A DNA stretch of 64,000 bases from Spirochaetota bacterium (GTDB lineage: Bacteria; Spirochaetota; UBA4802; UBA5550), in the NCBI GenBank assembly GCA_963663865.1, contig OY760686.1, forward strand, positions 2,816,001-2,880,000, read 5' to 3'. Position 1 is the first letter of the stretch. Each line of letters begins with the position of its first letter. The translations under genes were made by a program, and so were the position numbers. Below the pieces are notes generated by a model. It saw only the letters and a program-made list of their open reading frames with translations, had not been told where the DNA came from and searched no databases. Positions 52,600-60,748 of the stretch are shown here, piece by piece.

Positions 52600-54160
52600 A
52601 GCCCAATTCCTCGAAAACTTTTAGTAGTGCCTTCTTTGAGTCATCTTCCTCTTTGAGCAAGCTGGTAAAATCATTCTGTAACAGCTTCATCTTGTCATCA
52701 AAATCGATATTTTCATCCCTGTTTATGAATTCTATATACTTGCTGGGAACAAGCGAGAAATCTTTAGCCTTGATTTCATCAACTGTAGCACTATAGCAGT
52801 ACTCTGGTGTATTTTGGTAAGTCTTTTCATAATCAGTTTGTTGCCAGTTATGGTAAGTCGTTGCAATCGTTGCAATATCTTCTTCCGTTAGTTCTGTATA
52901 TTTTTTTTCGAAAGGCGAGCCCATTGTCCTCAAGTCAAAAAAAAGGATTTCACGTTCTCTGTTACGATACTTTTTTACAGTTCCATTATGCTCAACAGTT
53001 CTTGCTTTCTTGTTCTTATTTAGAATCCAAACAGTAACGCTAATATTTGTGGTATAGAACATATTCATGGGCAAAATCAAAATCGCTTCAACCAAATTAT
53101 TCTCAATCATCTGCCGTCTGATTTTGTATTCATCCCCTCCGCCGGAAAGCGCTCCATTGGCCAGGATAAATCCGGCAACACCGTTTTCAGACAGCTTTGA
53201 CACCATGTGCAGAATCCAGGCATAGTTGGCATTGCCTGTGGGTGGTATTTCATAACCATTCCAGCGGGAGTCATCAACTAATTCATTATCCGCCCGCCAC
53301 TGTTTCTGGTTAAACGGGGGATTGGCCATGATATAATCGGCTTTCAAGTCTTTGTGTTGGTCGCGGAAGAACGTGTTTTCGGCAACATCACCAAGGTTTC
53401 CGGAAATTCCCCTGATAGCCAGGTTCATCTTTGCCAGTTTGTAGGTTGTTGAAGTGTATTCCTGACCATAAATGGAAAGATTTTTCTTGTTCCCGTGATG
53501 GCTTTCTATAAATTTCACGGATTGCACAAACATACCGCCCGAACCGCAGCAGGGGTCATAGATTGTACCGCCGTAAGGTTCAATCATTTCTGCCAGCAGA
53601 TTAACAATGCACTTGGGTGTGTAGAATTCACCTTTTCCTTTTCCTTCAGCCAATGCGAATTTGCTCAGGAAATATTCATATACACGACCGACAATATCCT
53701 GTTCTTTGTCTTGAAGTGTATCGATGTTATTTATCGTATCAAGAAGTGAGGCCAGTTTGGCCACATCAAGGTCAAGCCGGGAATAGTAGTTGTCAGGCAA
53801 AGCGCCTTTTAATGAAGGGTTATTCTTTTCCACCGTTGCCAGTGCGGTATCAATCTTTAGAGCAATATCATTCTGCTTTGCGTTCTTCTTTAAATAATTC
53901 CAGCGGGATTCTTCGGGAAGATAAAACACATTTTTCATGGTGTAGAATTCCACCATGTCGATATATTTCTCTTTGCCTTCGACGATGAGCTCCCGTTTTC
54001 TTTCTTCAAACTTGTCGCTGGCAAATTTCAGGAATATCAAACCAAGAACAACATGCTTGTATTCGGATGATTCCACTTTTCCGCGTAGCTTGTTTGCCGA
54101 CTCCCAGAGGGATTCCTCGATTGATTTTTGATTTTTCGATGCTGTTTTTGTCTTTGCCAT
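52583..54160 (-). CDS. hsdM: Type I restriction-modification m6A methyltransferase
   Basis: LW..ANKLRG, GEFYTP, DPCCGSGGMF and ANPPF. Confidence 0.96.
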   Translation of the reverse strand: MAKTKTASKNQKSIEESLWESANKLRGKVESSEYKHVVLGLIFLKFASDKFEERKRELIVEGKEKYIDMVEFYTMKNVFYLPEESRWNYLKKNAKQNDIALKIDTALATVEKNNPSLKGALPDNYYSRLDLDVAKLASLLDTINNIDTLQDKEQDIVGRVYEYFLSKFALAEGKGKGEFYTPKCIVNLLAEMIEPYGGTIYDPCCGSGGMFVQSVKFIESHHGNKKNLSIYGQEYTSTTYKLAKMNLAIRGISGNLGDVAENTFFRDQHKDLKADYIMANPPFNQKQWRADNELVDDSRWNGYEIPPTGNANYAWILHMVSKLSENGVAGFILANGALSGGGDEYKIRRQMIENNLVEAILILPMNMFYTTNISVTVWILNKNKKARTVEHNGTVKKYRNREREILFFDLRTMGSPFEKKYTELTEEDIATIATTYHNWQQTDYEKTYQNTPEYCYSATVDEIKAKDFSLVPSKYIEFINRDENIDFDDKMKLLQNDFTSLLKEEDDSKKALLKVFEELGYAIKL

Positions 54161-54937
54161 TAAAATTCCTTCTTATGCTTCCTTATTCAGCCCGCCATGG
54201 ACTTGCTGCGATTCGATGAGCAGCAATGGCGGGCTTGGAGCGGAGTTAAGAAATGTATATATCATCAATTCATTTTCCTCTTCACTGTGTTGGCGCTCTG
54301 ACTTTCGTATAACTATCATTGTCTCCACAAAAACTTCATTTAATATTTTTGGAGGTAACACATATAAAAATCAAACTATATTCATTAATATTCTGAAAAA
54401 AGTAAAACAAACTGCATAAAAATTTTGTTTAATTGTTAGTAGTATAAATTGCCTTTCGAACAACTGCCGGATAAGCTAAAATTTTCATTGAAGTTTTCGC
54501 AGTTGCCTCGCCATGACTTTGTCATTGGGTACTATCATCTCTTTAGCAAGTCATTGCATTGCGTGGAAAACCTGGCAGTATAAGTTGTTATAGTGCCCCT
54601 GAATACATAAGTGATAAAATTATAAAAATCGGCTTTGTATAAAGATATTGAACTGCGATACATGCAGCCACCTGTAAGAATAGAAACTCCACCGCACAAC
54701 ATACCCCACTCCTCCCAAAAAACCTATCCCTTCAGTGCCTACGTTGTACTTTTCACGGGCTGTTTTAGCGCGAAGAGCCCATTTCCGGGCGTTTTTGCCC
54801 CCTCACGGACTGTTTTTCCTTCGTTATATGTTCGTTCTTTTACTTTTTTTAATCTGATGCAATTTCTTTTAATTTTCCCCCGATGCCGTACGTTTTACTA
54901 AAATACCCGATACCGAAACAGAAGATGGAAAAGAACC

Positions 54938-55055
54938 ATTTTCACGGATGCAAATCGCCCGGGCGCCTTTTCGTCATAGTACTCTTAGAACTTTTCTTTT
55001 TGCAAGAAAAGGAGTCAAAAGAAATCTGCCGCCAATGTTCCGGCATTCGGCTTCC
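54938..55055. repeat. Degenerate fragments of the modular repeat
   Basis: ATTTTCACGGATGCAAATCGCCCGGGCGCC, a CTTTTCTT...AAGAAAAG hairpin and an inverted TGCCGGAAC..TTGGCGG module. Confidence 0.65.
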
Positions 55056-55098
55056 CGACTCATCTTGTCATCCGCGGGGCGCTGCGTGTCACGGTGAG

Positions 55099-55127
55099 GT
55101 AGAGCCGCCCAAATTGGGCGGCTCTAC
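55099..55127. repeat. GTAG-type REP palindrome, copy 3
   Basis: GTAGAGCCGCCCA-aat-TGGGCGGCTCTAC followed by AGGGTGCCGGAACC as in copy 1. Confidence 0.85.
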
Positions 55128-55242
55128 AGGGTGCCGGAACCTATTGGCGATTAAATCAATATGATAACGTAATATTATAAAGAAGTCAAAGTGCCATCGG
55201 CTGCCAGGAACACAATGGCGGAATTAAGAGACTGCAAGCCCC

Positions 55243-55483
55243 CTGCTTCAACACCTCAACCAGTGCGATTTTCACGGATGAAAATCGCCTGGGCGCCGTT
55301 TCATCAGGATGATGATAACGGCGTTGCAATGGTCAATTAACTGCAAAGGCCAAGCCCTTCCGGCGCCTGAGGAACGGCTTTTTCCCGCCGCTTTTTGGCC
55401 GGTCAAAAAGCGGCAAAAGAAGTACCACGCTCTCAGCGTGAAAATGGATGCAGGCACCCTGCCCAAAATGCGCGTCGCGCAGC
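55243..55483 (+). repeat. Modular palindromic repeat, copy B
   Basis: Direct repeat of 41517-41757. Confidence 0.92.
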
Positions 55484-55585
55484 TGAACGAGTTAAAACCT
55501 GCGGCAACACACCTTTTTGGATCGAAAAAAGAAAGTAACAAAAAAGGGCCTCACACTCCCAGTGTGGAAAGGAACGGCAAGCTCC

Positions 55586-55791
55586 CTGCTTCAACACCTC
55601 AACCAGTGCGATTTGCATGGATGCAAATCGCCCGGGCGCTGTTTCATCAGGATGATGATAACGGCGTTGCAATGGTCAATTAACTGCAAATGCCAAGCCA
55701 TTCCGGCGATTGAGGAACGCCTTTTTTTGGCCACTTTTTTGTGGCGCGACAAAAAAGTGGCGGAAAATTGCCTGTGCGCTCCGCACAAAAA
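55586..55791 (+). repeat. Modular palindromic repeat, copy C
   Basis: Same ~135-bp core, a variant terminal hairpin, then GTGGCGGAAAATTGCCTGTGCGCTCCGCACAAAAA shared with copy A. Confidence 0.9.
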
Positions 55792-55797
55792 ACAGCA

Positions 55798-55890
55798 GTA
55801 GGGGACCGGTCGAGACCGTCCCGATTAAACGCAGTACCACGCTCTCAGCGTGAAAATAGATGATGGTAGGGGACGGTCGAGACCGTCCCG
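55798..55890 (+). repeat. Second GTAG-type REP family, two copies
   Basis: GTAGGGGAC(C)GGTCGAGACCGTCCCG at 55798 and 55866, flanking another AGTACCACGCTCTCAGCGTGAAAAT module. Confidence 0.8.
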
Positions 55891-55909
55891 AAAAACCAAA
55901 GTGCCACTC

Positions 55910-56965
55910 TCACTTCTTTCCCCGCTCATTACGCCGGCGCTGAGTCGTCTTCTTTGCCTTTTTTGCAACCGCCCTCATATCCACCGCGGGATCATACTCA
56001 TCAACAATTTCGATACCGAGAAGAGTCTCCACAGCGTCCTCAATAGTAACAATGCCCGAGTAGTCTCCGTACTCGTTGAGGACAAAGCCCATCTGAGCCC
56101 CGTTTTTTGAGAACCACCCGATGAGTTTAAGCACGGACATTGTTTCGGGAAGATACAGCGGCTCTGTACTCACTGAGCGCAGCTTAACCTCATTCCTGGA
56201 GGACCCGATAAGCTCAATAAGCTCACGTCGCAGGACAAGCCCCTTAATCTCATTAGTATGCCTGTCGTAAAGAGGAATCCGAGAAAAGCGGAGCGTTTCG
56301 GCGGACGACCTTATGTCTTTAATGGATAAATCAGGGTCAAGTGTTTCTACAACCATTCGGGGAGTCATTATCTCGCGCACCCTTATTCGTCTCAGGCTGA
56401 GAAGGTTTTCAATTATATGGAACTCGGCCTTCTCGACCGCACCCTGCCTGTATCCAATTTTAATATAGTTATAAATCTCAGCCTTTGTTACCTCCTCGCT
56501 TCTGTGGCTTCCTGAAAAAAAACGCGAGACCCAGTTCATAGGAACCACAACCGGCTTAAGAATAAGGACAAGAAAGCGCAGAACGTAGGCGCACATCGGA
56601 CTGAGCGATTTCCAGTATCTGGCCCCTATTGTCTTGGGGATAATCTCTGAGAGCAGCAGAATGAGAAATGTGAGAACTGCCGAGAAGGCGCCCATCCATC
56701 TGGACCCGAACATCTCCACAGCCATCGCTCCTGAAACCGCCGCCCCGATAGTATGCGCGATCGTGTTTAAAGTCAGAATTGCCGCGATGGGCTCGTCTAT
56801 GTTTTCCTTCATCGCTTTCAGCATTGCACCGGCTTTTTTCCCTTTATCCACAAGGGTCTGAATAAAAGGCCTGCTCATGGACAGGAGCACGGCCTCGAGC
56901 ATGGAACAGGTAAACGAAAAGAATAAAAGAATGGCAACTACAGTTATAAGTTCAGTCATAATCAA
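55910..56965 (-). CDS. CNNM (DUF21) + CBS domain membrane protein
   Basis: CSMLEAVLLS, AILTLNTIAHT, SEIIPKTIG, IMTPR, FSRIPLY and GIVTIED. Confidence 0.92.
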   Translation of the reverse strand: MIMTELITVVAILLFFSFTCSMLEAVLLSMSRPFIQTLVDKGKKAGAMLKAMKENIDEPIAAILTLNTIAHTIGAAVSGAMAVEMFGSRWMGAFSAVLTFLILLLSEIIPKTIGARYWKSLSPMCAYVLRFLVLILKPVVVPMNWVSRFFSGSHRSEEVTKAEIYNYIKIGYRQGAVEKAEFHIIENLLSLRRIRVREIMTPRMVVETLDPDLSIKDIRSSAETLRFSRIPLYDRHTNEIKGLVLRRELIELIGSSRNEVKLRSVSTEPLYLPETMSVLKLIGWFSKNGAQMGFVLNEYGDYSGIVTIEDAVETLLGIEIVDEYDPAVDMRAVAKKAKKTTQRRRNERGKK

Positions 56966-57177
56966 ATCCCGGCGCTAACCGGCAGAGTACCTCCATGGAA
57001 GTGTCTAAGCTCATAGCAGCATAGACTGCCTCAGCTTGAGAGCATTACAATAAACCCTCGTTTTATTAAAGCAATATATTGACGGAAACATATTAATTTA
57101 TTCAGTAATTTTTGCAAATAAATGATTTTTACTCAGAAATAACCTTGCCATATTTACATGGCAAATAAATTAAAATA

Positions 57178-57981
57178 ATGCAAAATAAAAACCCTTTTAC
57201 ATCAAGGACTGCTCTGGTCCTCGGAGAAGATGCGCTTAAGCGTATTAGAAAAACCAGAGCCATAGTTGTTGGCGCCGGAGGCGTCGGCAGCTGGTGCGCG
57301 GAAGCCCTCGTAAGAACCGGACTTGAATACATCACCGTGTCTGACGCAGACGTAGTCTGCCCGACCAATATCAACCGGCAGTCTCAGGCATTCACGTCAA
57401 CAACCGGCCTCATGAAAGTTGAAGCAATTGCATCTCGTCTTGCCGATATCAACCCCCATGCTGAGATTAAAACTCACAGCCTGAGGTTCAGCCATGAAAC
57501 GCTTCAGGAATACTCTCTCTCAAGCTACGACTACGTAATAGATGCCATTGACAGCGTCGCTGATAAGATTCTCCTTATCGAAGAATGCCTGGCTGCCGGC
57601 ATACCAATAATTTCGTCGATGGGAGCCGCCGGGAAAAGTGACCCGGGACAAATAGCAGTATCAGATATTTCCAAAACTCACAGCTGCCCTCTGGCAAGGC
57701 TTGTCAGACAAAGACTCAGAAAGGACGGCATGGCAGGGAAACTGCCCTGCGTGTGGAGCAGCGAGGCTCCAGTCAGGCCGGCAACTTCTGCAGCAGGGAC
57801 GGAAGCTGACACATCTGTGAGGACGGCGGCTGAAGCAGAAGGCGCATCCCCGGAGGATATGAGCAGAAACAAGAGGCAGATAAACGGCGCCCTCGTCTTT
57901 GTCACGTCGGTCTTCGGCATGATGATGGCCGGCGCGGTGATACGGGACGCCGCGGGAATCAAAAAGCTATCAGATTACTGA
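57178..57981 (+). CDS. tcdA: tRNA threonylcarbamoyladenosine dehydratase (ThiF family)
   Basis: VGAGGVGSWCAEALVRTG, TNINRQ, DAIDS, SSMGA and CPLAR.VR..LRK. Confidence 0.88.
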   Translation: MQNKNPFTSRTALVLGEDALKRIRKTRAIVVGAGGVGSWCAEALVRTGLEYITVSDADVVCPTNINRQSQAFTSTTGLMKVEAIASRLADINPHAEIKTHSLRFSHETLQEYSLSSYDYVIDAIDSVADKILLIEECLAAGIPIISSMGAAGKSDPGQIAVSDISKTHSCPLARLVRQRLRKDGMAGKLPCVWSSEAPVRPATSAAGTEADTSVRTAAEAEGASPEDMSRNKRQINGALVFVTSVFGMMMAGAVIRDAAGIKKLSDY

Positions 57982-57984
57982 CGC

Positions 57985-58506
57985 TTACATCTGCTCGTTA
58001 ACATTAACAGTCACCTGTGTCCCGTCAGGCATATTGACATGCATCAGCTCGGGCTTCATAGAGTCTATTCTGCTCAACTCGATACGCTCTCCGTTTCCTT
58101 CTACAAACCACGTGAGGCTCTCCTCGTCGAAAACAAGCGATGTCTGAACACCGGCCTTCACACCTTCAATGCCTTTCACATCGAACCTGTTTCTGGTAGC
58201 GGTAATTTCATAAGTAGTTCCTTCATTGTTAACGATCTGAACTTCTTTTTCTCCCTCCGCCATAGCGAGAGGATTGGAACCGGTCCAGAACTGAACTGTG
58301 TTGAGCACAAAGAAATCAACTAAAAGACAAATGCCATATACAGGTATTATCCAGAGAATCACATGAACAACTGAGTTGACCCACTTGTTCCCGAGTGTGC
58401 CGTTCCATGTGTTCAGCTTTCTGAAAAGCGCGTAGTTTCCATGGCAACCAAATGAGAAGAAACACATTACAGACAGAAGAAGCGCGGCGGTAATCTTTTT
58501 GTACAT
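57985..58506 (-). CDS. DUF3332-family lipoprotein
   Basis: GCHGNYALFRKL..WN...NKWVN, IIPVYG and N.VQFWTGSNP. Confidence 0.8.
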   Translation of the reverse strand: MYKKITAALLLSVMCFFSFGCHGNYALFRKLNTWNGTLGNKWVNSVVHVILWIIPVYGICLLVDFFVLNTVQFWTGSNPLAMAEGEKEVQIVNNEGTTYEITATRNRFDVKGIEGVKAGVQTSLVFDEESLTWFVEGNGERIELSRIDSMKPELMHVNMPDGTQVTVNVNEQM

Positions 58507-58820
58507 GATAACGAACCTCCAATATTTGTATTACTCCGGTACCTATCCCCCGCATTCATAGTGCCCGGATTCCGTCCACCGACAGGCTCCACACTGGAAC
58601 ATGCTAAACTGGACTGAACTTCGGGCAGAGCATAAGGGGGAAACCGACAAGAATTATCCTCAATTATACAGCAGCACTTGCAGCTCTGTCAACAGATTAT
58701 ATTACAGGCTCAATGATAAATATTTACGTTTCTGAATATTGTTCCTTCGTGCACATTCAAATTCAGCTTGACCGCCTCTGATTGCAGGAGTAGCCTCGCT
58801 GCATACCAGGGGAGCACCGT

Positions 58821-59720
58821 ATGGAAACCATGAACACTACGCGCCGAACCGCTGTATTCGGAAGACCGAATCTCTCAGAGGGCGCACTTGAATTCTACAA
58901 AAGACTTAACGCCTGCCCGTCAGTCTTCTGCCGAGGCCTTCCGGGCTCAGTCCGTGACAGGGCATATCTCTTTCTGACATCTTACTTTGGGGCAGGCCTC
59001 ATCGACCCGGATTTTTTTAAGGCCTACTTTCCGCCCTCATGGACCTTTGTCTATCACCTCATAGACAAAAGCCCTGACCCGTCCGCCCCCAATCTTCTGC
59101 AGAATGTCCTGCGTGCTCACGCGGCCGCGCTGCTTCTGCACTCCATCGACGACCATCTTGCCGACGGCGATCTTGATCCGGGTCACATTGAGGTTCTCGT
59201 CCGAAGCGAGATTTGGCGCAATATGATTGAGTCTCTCTCAATTCTGGGGGGGGATATCGGCACACCGGCCCGCGATGCTGTTTCAGAGAACCTGTCCCTC
59301 TACTACTACTCAATCACCCGCGATGATGAGCCGCGAAACCTCGAGCATTACTTAGACAACTTCCGCGGAGAGATGGCGACCTGGACAACCGTACCCGAAC
59401 TGATATCCATTACCTACAGAGACAACGGCGTAAGGAGCGGCATAAGGGCCGCCTACGAATCCTTCGGAATCGCGTGGAGGCTTCTTGACGACATCAACGA
59501 CGCAGATGAAGACATCGCCTCTTCAAAAACAACATCCGTGACTCTGGCCCCGGGGACGGCAGCGGCAGCACAGGATGGGCAAACCGGGCTCAGAGAGGCC
59601 GATATCCTGCTCATAAAAAGAATAGCGGCGGAACTAAAATACGCTGAGGAGATAACCGAAGCCCTGGGCTTTCATGAGCTTTCAATGGAGCTCAATAATA
59701 TGAGGATGGGACTCAAATGA
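58821..59720 (+). CDS. Class I isoprenoid-synthase-fold protein
   Basis: Two Asp-rich motifs, LLHSIDDHLAD and FGIAWRLLDDINDADED; no RRG after the first motif. Confidence 0.7.
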   Translation: METMNTTRRTAVFGRPNLSEGALEFYKRLNACPSVFCRGLPGSVRDRAYLFLTSYFGAGLIDPDFFKAYFPPSWTFVYHLIDKSPDPSAPNLLQNVLRAHAAALLLHSIDDHLADGDLDPGHIEVLVRSEIWRNMIESLSILGGDIGTPARDAVSENLSLYYYSITRDDEPRNLEHYLDNFRGEMATWTTVPELISITYRDNGVRSGIRAAYESFGIAWRLLDDINDADEDIASSKTTSVTLAPGTAAAAQDGQTGLREADILLIKRIAAELKYAEEITEALGFHELSMELNNMRMGLK

Positions 59721-60748
59721 ACGCGACAGGCGAGAATATAAGCCTCGAGCTTACCCGCCGCTGCAATTCGGCGTGCGCGCACTGCTTCGCCAGAGCCGGT
59801 ACCGGCGCTCCCGTCTCGCTTGATTATGAGCAGGCGGTTGAAATGGTTCTTGAGGCTGCATCCTGCGGATACAGCGGCCTTCATCTAACCGGAGGAGAGC
59901 CCCTCATGTGGCCGCGCCTGACAGAGTTAATCGAATTCGCACTGAAAACCGGATACGAAAACGTCTTCATAAACACAAACGGAACGCTCGTAGACCGGGA
60001 GTTCTGTAAAAGGATGGCGCCCTTTCGGGAGAGAGCGGCCTTCTCGGTCAGTCTTCAGGGCCCCGAAGACCTGCACGACTCTGTGAGAGGCAGGGGCTCA
60101 CACAGCGCGGCAAGCGGAGGCATTAAGCTTCTGCTTGAGTCGGGACTTCCTGCATACATCTTTTCCGCGGCAGGAAAGTCTCTGCTCCCTTCACTGGCTT
60201 CGTTCTGCTCCGCTGCCCTTCAAGCCTTCCATGAAATCAGCGGTATCGCTCTCATCCAGATGATCCGCATTCCCGGAACGGACATGAGCACCGAAGAGGA
60301 GATGCTCTCTGCCGAAGATATGCTGCAGGTGATCAGAACAGTATCGCTTCTCAACCTTGCCGGCGGCAGGGTTTACATTCTCGAAAACCCTGCCGCCGCT
60401 GCCGCGGCGAAAATGCTCAGGCTTCCATGCTTTCCGGCGACGCCTCATCCTGTTAGGCCGGGCCGTTTGACCGTGCTTGCCGACGGCCGCATTGTCACAT
60501 CGCACTCGTCAAGAAGCATTTTGGACCGATACAGCCCCGGGAAAATACGGAAGGTAATAGAGTCTGCGAAATATACAGAAGAGCTCGCTTCAGGAAACGA
60601 AATATGCGCGAACTGCCCCTTTCTGTCTCAGTGCTCGTTGTCCGGAGAAGCAAGGCCCTCTGACAGCTCAAGGTCCGCCGGGGGCAGCCCATTCTGTGTC
60701 GAGCTTATGCGGGCAGCTTCAGCCTGCCCGGTCAGCTCATCCTCCTGA
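59717..60748 (+). CDS. Radical SAM enzyme with partial SPASM-like C-terminus
   Basis: CNSACAHC, TGGEPL, TNGT and LHDSVRG; C-terminal CANCPFLSQC...FC; ATGA overlap with the upstream gene. Confidence 0.88.
   Translation: MNATGENISLELTRRCNSACAHCFARAGTGAPVSLDYEQAVEMVLEAASCGYSGLHLTGGEPLMWPRLTELIEFALKTGYENVFINTNGTLVDREFCKRMAPFRERAAFSVSLQGPEDLHDSVRGRGSHSAASGGIKLLLESGLPAYIFSAAGKSLLPSLASFCSAALQAFHEISGIALIQMIRIPGTDMSTEEEMLSAEDMLQVIRTVSLLNLAGGRVYILENPAAAAAAKMLRLPCFPATPHPVRPGRLTVLADGRIVTSHSSRSILDRYSPGKIRKVIESAKYTEELASGNEICANCPFLSQCSLSGEARPSDSSRSAGGSPFCVELMRAASACPVSSSS

Noticed and set aside
54173-54901. Short ORFs upstream of hsdM
   Set aside because: No recognisable motifs or convincing RBS; probably promoter region or decayed sequence.
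41408-55900. Integron cassette array or prophage
   Set aside because: No intI, no RYYYAAC/GTTRRRY attC pattern around the genes, and no phage genes.
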